Source: Candidatus Eiseniibacteriota bacterium (lineage in GTDB: Bacteria > Eisenbacteria > RBG-16-71-46 > CAZAMP01). From it: a stretch of DNA of 64,000 bases. Location of the stretch: positions 5,344,001-5,408,000 of the forward strand of contig OZ245046.1 in the NCBI GenBank assembly GCA_965224245.1. The letters run 5' to 3'. This document shows positions 1 to 9,435 of this stretch, piece after piece; positions within the stretch are counted from its first letter, which is position 1; each line of letters opens with the position of its first letter. A program made the position numbers and the translations under genes. The notes beneath the pieces were generated by a model. The model had not been told where the DNA came from and did no database searches. It saw nothing but the letters and a program-made list of their open reading frames with translations.

Positions 1-1
1 G

Positions 2-286
2 TCGTTCGTGAACGATCGCTGGGAGGTCGTGGTCGACTTCGCGACGACCGGCATGATCGAGTACAAGTGGACGGCGGACGCCGTCTGGACGGTACAGCAG
101 TTCGGTACCGACGGCGTCGGCAGCAACGCCGACAACATCACCTACGACATCGGCGCCGGCGCGCGCCGCGCTGACCACGTGTTCGCGTTCAACCCGGCCA
201 ACGGGCGAGGCTACCAGGCCGAGGGATCCACCCCGACGCTGGATGCCTCGTGGAGCCGGATCAAGGAGCTCTACGTCCACGAGTAG
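2..286 (+). CDS. 3' end of a hypothetical (probably exported) protein with the short C-terminal W-x-R-I-K-x2-Y tail; truncated by window start
   Basis: Frame is open from base 2 to TAG at 284-286; ends ...STPTLDASWSRIKELYVHE; followed by an intrinsic terminator. Confidence 0.75.
   Translation, partial: SFVNDRWEVVVDFATTGMIEYKWTADAVWTVQQFGTDGVGSNADNITYDIGAGARRADHVFAFNPANGRGYQAEGSTPTLDASWSRIKELYVHE
233..286 (+). other. Short C-terminal motif, copy 1 (PTLDASWSRIKELYVHE*)
   Basis: Matches the tail at the C-terminus of four other proteins in the window. Confidence 0.7.
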
Positions 287-309
287 AGGCTCACCGGCTC
301 GAATTCGAC

Positions 310-346
310 GTGGCGGAGCGCTACGATGTGGCGCTCCGCCATTTTT
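310..346 (+). terminator. Rho-independent terminator
   Basis: GTGGCGGAGCGCTAC-gat-GTGGCGCTCCGCCAT stem followed by TTTT, 23 nt after the stop at 286. Confidence 0.85.
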
Positions 347-389
347 GTGCCGCAAACCGTCGCGTCCCGAGAGCCCGGGAGTCCGTCAG

Positions 390-1664
390 ATGTCGCGTTC
401 CGAGATCCGTATTCCCATCACGGCGCCGCGCTGGGTGCGCGACGGTTTCGTCTACGAGGCCTTCCCCCGTTGCCACGGCCCTCGCGGCACGCTCGACGAC
501 GTCATCGACGATCTCGACCGGCTGCGGACGCTCGGCGTGCGCACGCTGTGGCTGATGCCGGTCCATCCGATCGGATGCGAGCGGCGCAAGGGGACGTGGG
601 GCTCGCCGTACGCCGTGCGCGACTACACGCGCGTGGATCCGCTCCTGGGCGGCGACGACGCGCTGATCCGGCTCGTCGAGCGCGCGCACGATCGGTCGAT
701 CCGTGTGATCGTCGACTGGGTGGCCAATCACGCTGCGTGGGACAACACGCTTCGCGAGCGTCACCCGGACTGGTTCCGGCGCAACGCGGCGGGCCGGCGA
801 CATCCCCCGGTTCCCGACTGGGACGACGTGATCGACCTCGACTACCGATCCCGCGCGCTTCGCGAGTACATGTCCGCCTGCATGATCGACTGGGTTCGCC
901 TTTTCGATCTCGACGGCTTTCGCTGCGACGTGGCGGCGATGATCCCCATGGACTTCTGGCGCGAGACGATCGCGCGCGCCGACATGGTGAAGCGGGATCT
1001 GTTCTGGCTGGCCGAGGCCGAGGGCCGGATCGTGCACGATCGGGCGTTTCACGCCACGTACGACTGGAGCCTGTACGGGGCGCTGGTCGAGGTCGCCCGC
1101 GGCCGGCGTCCCGCGGCCGACGTCGCGCGTGTGGTCGCGCGGAGCGAGCGCGAGCTTCCCGAGGGGGCGTTGCGACTCTCGTTCGTGGAGAACCACGACA
1201 AGACGCGCGCGGTCTCCGTGTTCGGGCTCCGACGTGCGCGCGCGGCTTTCGTGCTGACGATGTTCCTGCCCGGACTGCCACTGGTGTACGCGGGTCAGGA
1301 GCGAGGCGCCGAGGGGTGGACATCGATCTTCGAGCGCGGGCCGATCGACGGCGGCGACGCGGAGTGGGAGTCGGAGGTGGCCCGTCTGGCCGCCGTCCGG
1401 AGCGCGTCGCCCGCGCTGGCGGCCGGGTCGTTTCGACCGCTGGCGACGACCGAGCCCCGGTCGCTGGTCGCGTTCGAACGCGCCGGCGCCGGAGAGCGCA
1501 TCGTGTGCGTGGCCAACCTCGGCTCGCGTCCGGCGGCGCTCGTGCTGGAGGACGCCGCCGGCGGGCGCGACCTGATGACCGACACGACGATGACGCTCGA
1601 TCCGGGTCGCCCCGCCGTGCTCGCGCCGGATGAGGTGATCGCGGTCCGGCTCGGAGTCTCCTGA
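390..1664 (+). CDS. Alpha-amylase family glycoside hydrolase (GH13)
   Basis: GH13 regions: LWLMPVHP, GSPYAVRDY, DWVANH, DGFRCDVA (nucleophile), WLAE, FVENHD; ATG 390 after GGGAG. Confidence 0.9.
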   Translation: MSRSEIRIPITAPRWVRDGFVYEAFPRCHGPRGTLDDVIDDLDRLRTLGVRTLWLMPVHPIGCERRKGTWGSPYAVRDYTRVDPLLGGDDALIRLVERAHDRSIRVIVDWVANHAAWDNTLRERHPDWFRRNAAGRRHPPVPDWDDVIDLDYRSRALREYMSACMIDWVRLFDLDGFRCDVAAMIPMDFWRETIARADMVKRDLFWLAEAEGRIVHDRAFHATYDWSLYGALVEVARGRRPAADVARVVARSERELPEGALRLSFVENHDKTRAVSVFGLRRARAAFVLTMFLPGLPLVYAGQERGAEGWTSIFERGPIDGGDAEWESEVARLAAVRSASPALAAGSFRPLATTEPRSLVAFERAGAGERIVCVANLGSRPAALVLEDAAGGRDLMTDTTMTLDPGRPAVLAPDEVIAVRLGVS

Positions 1665-1739
1665 GGCTGCCGGGCGTCCCGCGGTCGTCCGCACCGACGC
1701 GTCGCCAGCGGCATCCACGCCTCGACTCGCGTCCCGCCT

Positions 1740-2087
1740 CTACGAGTTGACACAGGGCAGGCAGTCGAGGACGTCGATCCGCGTCGTCCGGCCCTCCTGG
1801 GTCTTCACGTCGAAGTCCTGGAACAGCGGCGGACCGCCCCCGTTCACGTAGGCGCGGAGCGTGTAGCGGCCCGGGGGCACGGTGAAGTCGGCGAGGCCGT
1901 CGGCGTCCGTGAGCGCTTCCAGGTCCAGCTCGACGACCTGGAGCCGCCGGTCGGGAAGTCCCTCGTCGTCCCAGTACACGAACACCTGGATGTGGCTGTC
2001 GTCCGGCGGCGTCTCGGTCGGGCTCTCGTCGCACGAGAGGCCCGCGATGCAGAGAGCCGCGGACATGACGATCGGGGTTACTCGCAT
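1740..2087 (-). CDS. Small lipoprotein with a transthyretin/carboxypeptidase-regulatory-like beta-sandwich
   Basis: GGAGGAGG RBS; MRVTPIVMSAALCIAGLS-C lipobox; TDADGLADF..PPGRYTLRA pattern. Confidence 0.7.
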   Translation of the reverse strand: MRVTPIVMSAALCIAGLSCDESPTETPPDDSHIQVFVYWDDEGLPDRRLQVVELDLEALTDADGLADFTVPPGRYTLRAYVNGGGPPLFQDFDVKTQEGRTTRIDVLDCLPCVNS

Positions 2088-2431
2088 CCGATCCTCCTCC
2101 CGCGTCGCTCCACCGCGCGACACGGCGATTCTAGCACCCGGCGTCTCTGGTACGAACGCCGCCACGAGGAGGTTCCCACGCTCACGATCAGCAACGCGTC
2201 CAGCTGATCGACCCGACCGACGCGCCACTCGGGTGCTCGACCCGGCGCGACGAACGACGATCGAATCCTCACATTTTCGTCCAACCGGTTACGGACGCGT
2301 CCGGCGCACGTACCATTGGCGGTGACGGTACGTCGATGCCGAGCCGCGCGGGGCACCCGGCCGGGCCCCGACCGTCCACCGCCGGCCGGTGGGTGCTCGA
2401 GCGCCGCTCTCGACCCAGCGGAGGAAGAGCC

Positions 2432-4705
2432 ATGGAACACGCACGGCCGAGCCCCGAACGGGTGACCCGTCGAGTCACCACGTCCGCCCTCGCGATCGGA
2501 GTCTCCTTTGCCCTCTGGCTCCTGACCGCCGCTCCTCCATCGCTCGCCGGCACGCGGTCCGACCTCGCCCGCCGGGCCGGGACGGCGCTCGAGTTCGTCG
2601 GCAGCTGGCCCTACGGTCCCACGTACGCGGTCGACGTGGACGCCGAGCGTGACCTGATCTTCATCGGCTCGGGCGGCGCGGTGCTCGTGCTCGACGGGAC
2701 CGATCGCACGAACCCCACGCTGATCACCGACGACGTCCGCACGGTCGGCCTCGTCGAGGATCTCTTCTACGACGCGGACGATCGCGACCTCTACGTGGCC
2801 GCTGGCGACGGTGGGCTCGAGATCTGGAACCTGGACACGCCTTCGGCGCCGGCGAGGCTGAGTCGCACCGAGGTGCTGTACGCCGACGTCGAGACACCTG
2901 TGCGCGAGGTGGACGTGTACGGCGAGTGCGCGGTCGTGGAGTGCTCGTGGGGGTACGTGCACTCGCTCGACGTGTCCGATCCGGCGAACCCCGTGCACGT
3001 GTCGCTGAACGGCACGATGGGGAACCCGTCACACGACATCTACGTGTCGCCGGATGGCCAGGCGCACACCACCGGCGCGCAGCGCTATCAGCGGCTCGAC
3101 ATCTCCACCGGCGGCGTGCTTCTCGGCTCCGGCGCGCACGACTTCACGTACGGTGCCGGCGCGGTCTACGGGACCGACGAGGTCGCGTACGTCAGCTACG
3201 AGGGCAATCTCTGGATTCTGGATCTGTTCGCACCCGGGTTCCCGGCCTGGAGCGTGACCGACGTGGACGGCATCGCCGACCTCGTCGTACACGATGGGAT
3301 CGCCTACATCATCAACGACGGCGGCCTTCACGTGTGGAACGTGACCGACCACCGGAACCCGTTCCACGTGGGCTCGACCGGCGGCAGCTATCTGGCCAGG
3401 AAGCTCGTGGTGGCCGAGGGGTACGCATACGTCGCCGAGAGCCACCTGGGCGTCCGCATCATCGAGATCGGCGACGGGACCGCGCCGGTGGAGGTGGGGC
3501 GATACCGGACGTTGTCGGTGACCTACGACACCGTGGTGCAGGGCGACCATGCCTATCTCGCACACGGCTCGGACGGCCTCATCGTCGTCGACCTGAGCGA
3601 TCCGACCCTCCCCGAGACCGCCGCCCAGCTCCCGTTCCTCGGCCCGAGCTACGACGTCACGCTCGACGGAGACCACGCCTACGTGGCCAACGTCGGTAGC
3701 GGGGTCAGCGTCGTCGACATCAGCGACCCGACGAACCCGGTGGAGGTGGGGCGGCACGACGCGTACAGCACCTATCGCATCGACGTCGCGAACGGGATGG
3801 CATACGTGGTGGAGTCCACGCCGTCGCCGGAGATCCTCCACGTGGTCGACGTGAGCGATCCCACCGCGCCCATCGAGCGGGGATCGCTCCACATGTACGA
3901 CTTCATCTGGGAGGTGTTCGTCGTCGGCGATCTCGTGTACGTGGCCAACGACGATCTCGGCCTTCGCATCGTCGATGCGTCGGACCCGGCCACGCCGAGG
4001 GTGATCGGCACCTACGCGGCGGGCAGCGTCCACGACGTGCAGGTCGTGGGGAGTCTCGCGCACGTGACGTCGGCCGAGTTCGGAGGCGGCTATCTCGTTC
4101 TCGACGTGACCGATCGCACGAGCCCATCGCTCGTCACGCTCTACAATCCGTCGGGCTGGCTGCACCCGTTCCACGTGGCGGTCGCCGGAGACGTGACGTA
4201 CCTGGGCGAACCGCAGGGTCTGCCCGGCATTCACGTCCTCGACGTGTCCGACGTCGAGAACCCGGTCGAGCTGGAGGAGATCGTTCCGCCGGGAGATCTG
4301 TTCAACCTCACCGCGGCGGGGAACCGTCTCTACGTGTCGGACGGCGCGGCGGGGGTCCAGATCTTCGTCAACGAGTCGGTGGTAGCGGTCGGCGAGGGTC
4401 CGGGCTCGGGAGCTCTGCACCCGGGTATTGCGCGCGTGTGGAATGCGCCGAGCCCGTTCGCGCCGTCGACGGCGTTCCGGATCGTTCCGCATGACCGTAT
4501 GGAGAACGCGCGGCTGGTGGTCTACGACGCGCTGGGGCGTGAGGTGAGACGGTTTCCGATCGGCGCGCTGCCGGCGTCGGGCGCGGAGATCGTCTGGGAC
4601 GGACGCGACGACGCGGGGCGCGTGTTACCCGCGGGGGTCTACTACTACCGTCTGGTTCACGCCGGCGGGAGGTCGGCGGCGCGCCGGACGATGATCATCC
4701 GATGA
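2432..4705 (+). CDS. Exported LVIVD-repeat (beta-propeller) protein with C-terminal FlgD-Ig/T9SS-CTD-like domain
   Basis: Signal peptide; many YAYVA..GL.IVDVSDP.NP repeats; C-terminus PSPF..LVVYDALGREVR..WDGRDDAGRVLPAGVYYYRL. Confidence 0.85.
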   Translation: MEHARPSPERVTRRVTTSALAIGVSFALWLLTAAPPSLAGTRSDLARRAGTALEFVGSWPYGPTYAVDVDAERDLIFIGSGGAVLVLDGTDRTNPTLITDDVRTVGLVEDLFYDADDRDLYVAAGDGGLEIWNLDTPSAPARLSRTEVLYADVETPVREVDVYGECAVVECSWGYVHSLDVSDPANPVHVSLNGTMGNPSHDIYVSPDGQAHTTGAQRYQRLDISTGGVLLGSGAHDFTYGAGAVYGTDEVAYVSYEGNLWILDLFAPGFPAWSVTDVDGIADLVVHDGIAYIINDGGLHVWNVTDHRNPFHVGSTGGSYLARKLVVAEGYAYVAESHLGVRIIEIGDGTAPVEVGRYRTLSVTYDTVVQGDHAYLAHGSDGLIVVDLSDPTLPETAAQLPFLGPSYDVTLDGDHAYVANVGSGVSVVDISDPTNPVEVGRHDAYSTYRIDVANGMAYVVESTPSPEILHVVDVSDPTAPIERGSLHMYDFIWEVFVVGDLVYVANDDLGLRIVDASDPATPRVIGTYAAGSVHDVQVVGSLAHVTSAEFGGGYLVLDVTDRTSPSLVTLYNPSGWLHPFHVAVAGDVTYLGEPQGLPGIHVLDVSDVENPVELEEIVPPGDLFNLTAAGNRLYVSDGAAGVQIFVNESVVAVGEGPGSGALHPGIARVWNAPSPFAPSTAFRIVPHDRMENARLVVYDALGREVRRFPIGALPASGAEIVWDGRDDAGRVLPAGVYYYRLVHAGGRSAARRTMIIR

Positions 4706-4764
4706 TGCGACGCGTTCGGGCGCCGAGCGGTGCCCGACCGTGTCTGCCCCGGGTGATCGAGCGC

Positions 4765-5208
4765 TCAGATCCAGCGCCGCACCCGCGTGCGGTACGTCAC
4801 CCACGCCTCTGGATGGGAGACGGCGAGCATGGCTTCCTCGTGCCGGATGAACGCGCGCTGCATGATGACCAGGAACACGATCCAGGGCAGGAGCGCGGCC
4901 ACCGAGCCCAGGATCCAGCCGAGTCCCAGGAGGATCATCACGAAGCCGAGGTACATCGGATTCCGGGACCAGCGAAAGGGGCCGGAGGTCACGAGGGTCG
5001 TGGATTCCTGGAACGGCTTCACGGTGGTCCGGTGGGTCTTGAAGAGGCCGTCCGCCCAGGCGAGAAGGCGGAGACCGACGGCGACCGGAAGTGCGCCGAG
5101 CCATCGCCAGGGTCCGGTGACGAGCTGGCGGAGGGGGCCGAGGAAATGAAGTCCCGCGACGAGTGCCACGAAGACGAAGAAGATCGCGGGCGGCATTGGA
5201 CGCTTCAT
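4765..5208 (-). CDS. Isoprenylcysteine carboxylmethyltransferase/PEMT family membrane protein
   Basis: LVTSGPFRWSRNPMYLG and EE..L......W..YR.RVRRWI signature; hydrophobic segments. Confidence 0.85.
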   Translation of the reverse strand: MKRPMPPAIFFVFVALVAGLHFLGPLRQLVTGPWRWLGALPVAVGLRLLAWADGLFKTHRTTVKPFQESTTLVTSGPFRWSRNPMYLGFVMILLGLGWILGSVAALLPWIVFLVIMQRAFIRHEEAMLAVSHPEAWVTYRTRVRRWI

Positions 5209-5305
5209 GTCGGATGCCCTCGAGGAATACCCGGGTATTGACGGGAGCGGCGGTGTCTCGTCGGAGGCGATCGCTAACGACCGTACCGCACGGCGGCGAA
5301 CGCCG

Positions 5306-5800
5306 TCACGTCGAGAACACGAACACGTCCCCCGGTGACCAGACGTGGTCCCGGGATGCGCGGTAGCCGCGGAGCCACGGCACGCCGTCGGCGCGGCGCA
5401 GGTAGAAGCCCTTCGGGGTCTCGTCGCCGTCGTCGAGCGGGGGTGATGCGACGGTGATCGAGCCGGGCGGTGCCCGGCCATGGGTCAGCGGACCGCCGTC
5501 GCCGCTCTCGCGCTGATCGGGGAGCTGCATGCGAAGATGAGGCGCCAGCTCGAGCGGGCACTCGGTGAGCGCTCGGTCGAGCGCCCGTGCGACGAGCTCT
5601 GCGTAGGTCGCTCCCTCGTAGAAGCCGAGCTCGGCCACGGAGATCGTCTCGATCTCCACGACACGGCGCCCGGGGAGCGTCGTGAACCGGGGGTCCTGAA
5701 GCAGAGCCTCGGCGGCGTCGTTCAGCTGAACGCCGTGCTCACGTAGCGCGGCGAGCAGCTCCGCTCCGCCTGTGCCGCCGATGGTGACGCTTCCCATCAT
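5306..5800 (-). CDS. Conserved hypothetical protein
   Basis: ATGA overlap with upstream gene; globular composition (ECPLELAPHLR, PKGFYLRR, WLRGY); function not recognised. Confidence 0.65.
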   Translation of the reverse strand: MMGSVTIGGTGGAELLAALREHGVQLNDAAEALLQDPRFTTLPGRRVVEIETISVAELGFYEGATYAELVARALDRALTECPLELAPHLRMQLPDQRESGDGGPLTHGRAPPGSITVASPPLDDGDETPKGFYLRRADGVPWLRGYRASRDHVWSPGDVFVFST

Positions 5801-6576
5801 TCCTCGGTCGACGTCTCGACGAGTATCGTCGGCTGCAACGAGGGCGGCGGCTCGAGCTCCCCGCCGAACGTCACCAGGATCTCCTCGAACCGTCCGGGCT
5901 CCCACCCGTTCCGGCTCACGAGCCACGTCTCCACGAACCTCGCCACCGCCAGACGCGCCTCCTCCCGGATCGCCCGGATGGCGCGGTCCGAACCGGCGCG
6001 CACGCCCAGCTCGTGGGTGATGCTCTGCTCGAGCTCCTCCAGGTTCTTCTGTCCGTCCCACCGTGCCCAGCCGGCCTGGGTCCGCTTCCGGACGCCCCGG
6101 GTATCGAACGCCACCGGCAGCGTGGGCCGAATGTCGGGTGCGACCACGGTGAGTCGATTTCCGTCGGCGGTCAGCCGCCACTCGTCGAGGAGATCGATGT
6201 GGTAGCGATACGTCGCCGGCACGTCGATCTCGGAGACCGTCGTTCCCAGCGGCAGCGTTCGGCCGAACATCTGAACGTTCGACGAGCGGCTGAAGTTCTC
6301 CGTGGCCGTGGCCGTTGCCACCTCGAGGAGGTTGCCGTCGGTGCCCTTCGCCTCCATCTCTCGAAAGACGGCGAAGGTCTGGATCACCTCCTCGGGATCG
6401 AAGGCGCTGGCGATCTCGACGGCGGTCTCACGGCCGGCGTCGATGCCCTGCTTCGCCAGCCAGATCCAGGACAGGAGCCCGATGAGTCCCGCGACGACGA
6501 GAACGACGAATGCCCAGAACAGGCTTCCTCTCCCCCGAACGGGTTCGGTCACGACGCCGGGACGTTCCTCGCTCAT
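5797..6576 (-). CDS. Single-pass membrane protein, DUF4230-like
   Basis: N-terminal TM helix, then beta-rich domain (ATYRYHIDL..LTVVAP) and helical tail typical of DUF4230. Confidence 0.6.
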   Translation of the reverse strand: MSEERPGVVTEPVRGRGSLFWAFVVLVVAGLIGLLSWIWLAKQGIDAGRETAVEIASAFDPEEVIQTFAVFREMEAKGTDGNLLEVATATATENFSRSSNVQMFGRTLPLGTTVSEIDVPATYRYHIDLLDEWRLTADGNRLTVVAPDIRPTLPVAFDTRGVRKRTQAGWARWDGQKNLEELEQSITHELGVRAGSDRAIRAIREEARLAVARFVETWLVSRNGWEPGRFEEILVTFGGELEPPPSLQPTILVETSTEE

Positions 6577-6739
6577 GCTCTCCCCTGGACTGATCTCGGT
6601 GTCCGCGATCAGGGGGAGAGTAAGCGGGATCGCCCCGAGGTCAAGCTCCGAAGCCCATGCGAGCGCGAGGGGGAGCGATGTCGCCTAGCCAGCGCGGCGA
6701 AACGTCTCGTACCTCTCCGCGATGAGCTCGGGCGACGGT

Positions 6740-7297
6740 TCACGGACGTGCCGACCAGGGCTCGATGGAGCCCACCACAAACGGGTCAAGATCTGAATCG
6801 ATCGCGGAGAGCACGCCTGAACAGATCTCTGCGTGCGTCAGCCACCGCGCGACAGCACCGGAACGCTCGAACCCCAGTATCACCCGCTGAAACCGCGTGT
6901 GCTCGAACCGCGGGAAGCGCAGGGTGCTCGTTGCTGCGTCGGGGTTTGCGTTCTGACTACCCAGAACCTGAACGAACCGCGAAGGGTGTCCGGCCTGACA
7001 CACGACCTCGGCGATCTTCGGGCCGAGGGTCTCATCATGCAGCCAGGCCACGACCAGCGTGGGAGGACCCACGTTGCGAACGTGCTCTCGCAGCGCGGAG
7101 AGGAACGTCGACGGCTCGGTCCAGTCGAGCGCGAGCAGATGCACCGACGTCGGTCTGTCGAGCAGACGAGCCGATACGTTCTGGAGGGAACGCTCCGTGC
7201 TCGCAACGAGCGTGATCTCGTCCGACTCCGTTGCCAGCTTCACGCTCGCGTCGGCGAGCATCCCGGTCCCACCGACGATCAGCGTGTGACGGTTCAT
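6740..7297 (-). CDS. Short Rossmann-fold (short-chain dehydrogenase-like) protein
   Basis: N-terminal LIVGGTGML; RWLTHAEIC.GV C-terminal motif; 4-nt overlap with the cysteine synthase stop. Confidence 0.7.
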   Translation of the reverse strand: MNRHTLIVGGTGMLADASVKLATESDEITLVASTERSLQNVSARLLDRPTSVHLLALDWTEPSTFLSALREHVRNVGPPTLVVAWLHDETLGPKIAEVVCQAGHPSRFVQVLGSQNANPDAATSTLRFPRFEHTRFQRVILGFERSGAVARWLTHAEICSGVLSAIDSDLDPFVVGSIEPWSARP

Positions 7298-8262
7298 GCC
7301 GGGTGTCCTGGCGAGACCTCACCGGCATCCGTGCCATGGAGACCCGTCGACAGGTACTTGAGTCCCGAGTCGCAGAGCAACGTCACGACCGTGCCATCGG
7401 GACCCAGACGCTCGGCCTCGCGAATCGCCGCGACGACGTTCGCTCCCGAGGACGTGCCGGCGAAGAGCGCCTCTTCTCTGGCCAGTCGCCGGGCCATGTC
7501 CATGGCGTCGGAGGTGGACACCATGTGCAGTCCATCGACGAGAGACGCATCCCACATCGGAGGAACGAAGCCGGGGCCGACGCCCTCGATCTCGTGCGGT
7601 CCCGCGTCTCCGCCGGACAGGACCGGAGACTCGGCCGGCTCGACGGCGATGATCTGCGTCGGGCCCCGCTCTCCGAGGACCCGCGCGACGCCGGTGATGC
7701 ACTGCGCGGTGCCGACCGACTGGACGAACGCGTCCGGGGGGGCGTCGAGCTGGCTCAGGATCTCCTCGGCCAGCGGGGCGTATCCCGCGGCGGCGTCCGG
7801 GTTGTTGAACTGGTCGGCGAAGAAGGCGCCCGGCGCGCGGGTCAGCTCGGAGGCGTGGGCGATCATGCGCTGGATCAGCTCCTTCGTCGTCCGGCCGCCA
7901 TCGCTCTCGATCTCGATCACGTCGGCCCCGAGGGCGCGCATGTGGTCGCGCTTCTCCTGGCTGAACGCGTCCGAGGTCACCACGGTGATGAGGTAGCCGC
8001 GGGCCGCGCAGACGAATGCGAGGGAGGTGCCGGTGCTGCCGCCGGTGTACTCGATGACGCGTCCACCGCGGGTGAGCCGTCCGGAGGCGGTGGCGCCGTC
8101 GATGACCGAGAGGGCCATCCGGTCCTTCATGCTTCCGGTGGGGTTGTGGTCCTCGGCCTTCACGAAGACCCGGGCGTACCCCTGGGGAACGACGCGTGTC
8201 AGCTCGATCAGGGGCGTGTTGCCGACGGACTCGAGGATTCCCGGGGCGGTATCGGTGCTCAC
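7294..8262 (-). CDS. cysK: PLP-dependent cysteine synthase family protein
   Basis: VGNTPLIEL, NPTGSMKDRMA (PLP lysine), DQFNNP, HEIEGVG, GTSSGAN, CDSGLKYLST; GTG start inferred. Confidence 0.85.
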   Translation of the reverse strand: MSTDTAPGILESVGNTPLIELTRVVPQGYARVFVKAEDHNPTGSMKDRMALSVIDGATASGRLTRGGRVIEYTGGSTGTSLAFVCAARGYLITVVTSDAFSQEKRDHMRALGADVIEIESDGGRTTKELIQRMIAHASELTRAPGAFFADQFNNPDAAAGYAPLAEEILSQLDAPPDAFVQSVGTAQCITGVARVLGERGPTQIIAVEPAESPVLSGGDAGPHEIEGVGPGFVPPMWDASLVDGLHMVSTSDAMDMARRLAREEALFAGTSSGANVVAAIREAERLGPDGTVVTLLCDSGLKYLSTGLHGTDAGEVSPGHPA

Positions 8263-8365
8263 GGCATGTCCCCGCTTCTCGGGCAAGTAGCGGCTAGATC
8301 TGCTCGACGTGCGAGTCTGACACATCCCCCGCGGGAAGACATCGGCAAGGACGCCGCTGACTCGT

Positions 8366-9100
8366 TCAATCCGCTCGTACCTCGGCCAGTCGCCTGACTG
8401 CGTACTCATCATCCCAGCACACCGCGGCCTCCCATGCAGCCGACGCTTGCGTCGCGACGTCGTACGCGTCGCCGTCCAGATCGGCGGCGTTGTGAGGCAG
8501 CGCCAGGTCGAGGTCGGGGACGTCGACGTGCGCCTCGTCCCAATCGATGAGCGCGACCCGGTCCGCGGTGATGCGGACGTTGCCCGCATTCGTCGGATTG
8601 CCGTGGACGACGCACGTCCGACGTCCGGCGAGTCGCCTCCATGCGGCTCGGCATCGAGCAACGCCCTCGGCCGGCATCGAGCCGAGATCGATCTTCGTCC
8701 CGGTCTCGGCCTGCAGGAGGTCGGTCGACGATCGCCAGCCCGGGCGCTGTGGCCAGCCCCGTGTCGCCTGGTGAAGCCGCCGGAGCGTGTCCGCCACGCG
8801 ACGCCAGTCGGCCTCGGTCTCGGGTGGCTCGCCCTCCACGCAGGTCATCACCACCAGGCCGCGGGCGAACAGCCGACCGTCCGTCGTCGGAATCGGGACA
8901 GGGACGGTGAAGCCTTCACGGTCGAGGTGCTGGAGGAGTTCGGTCTCCCATGTGAGGTCGGCGTCGCTCCTCGTACCGAGGCGAGCGACCGCGAGGCGTC
9001 CGTCGATGCGTACGCTCCACACGTCGTTGGCGACTCCGCCAGCGAGCGGCTCGATGCGAGTGACGGCATCACCCCACTGCTCGAGTGCATCCCACCCCAT
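8366..9100 (-). CDS. Aminoglycoside phosphotransferase/kinase-like protein
   Basis: GAGGAGGT RBS; LAGGVAN loop, VVHGNP..GN (catalytic Asp position reads N), LIDWDE. Confidence 0.8.
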   Translation of the reverse strand: MGWDALEQWGDAVTRIEPLAGGVANDVWSVRIDGRLAVARLGTRSDADLTWETELLQHLDREGFTVPVPIPTTDGRLFARGLVVMTCVEGEPPETEADWRRVADTLRRLHQATRGWPQRPGWRSSTDLLQAETGTKIDLGSMPAEGVARCRAAWRRLAGRRTCVVHGNPTNAGNVRITADRVALIDWDEAHVDVPDLDLALPHNAADLDGDAYDVATQASAAWEAAVCWDDEYAVRRLAEVRAD

Positions 9101-9222
9101 GGCGACCTCCTCGCGCTTCCTGACCCGGCTGCTCCGCCAGCCACGCAATCCGCTGCCCACCGGTTTCCGGCGAGGCCCGGCCGATCCTCGGAGCCGGCCG
9201 CCTGCCCCGGATCGCGCGGTCG

Positions 9223-9231
9223 TGCTAAACT
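9223..9231 (+). promoter_or_regulatory. Extended -10 promoter (TG-c-TAAACT) for the pheA leader
   Basis: TG at 9223-9224, TAAACT at 9226-9231, 6 nt before the leader ATG at 9238. Confidence 0.55.
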
Positions 9232-9237
9232 CCTTAC

Positions 9238-9339
9238 ATGCGCACCGAGTCGACCCATATGATCTACGCCTATCCGTACCCCCTGGCCGCGTATCGATTT
9301 ACGCGCGCAGAGGGCGGACGTTCGAGGCGTGTCGTGTAG
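9238..9339 (+). CDS. Putative attenuation leader peptide, Tyr/Phe-rich (MRTESTHMIYAYPYPLAAYRFTRAEGGRSRRVV)
   Basis: 33-codon ORF (below the ORF-track cutoff) with 4 Tyr and 1 Phe in 12 codons, directly before a terminator and pheA. Confidence 0.7.
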   Translation: MRTESTHMIYAYPYPLAAYRFTRAEGGRSRRVV

Positions 9340-9362
9340 GCCGAGCCGACAGGACCCACTCG

Positions 9363-9395
9363 AGAGCCCGTCCGATGATCCGGACGGGCTCTTTT
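9363..9395 (+). terminator. Attenuator terminator upstream of pheA
   Basis: Perfect 12-bp stem AGAGCCCGTCCG / CGGACGGGCTCT, 6-nt loop, short T run, ~40 nt before the pheA start. Confidence 0.8.
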
Positions 9396-9435
9396 CGTGA
9401 GCGCCCCGGATCCCGGACGGCCGAAGGAGCCCGAG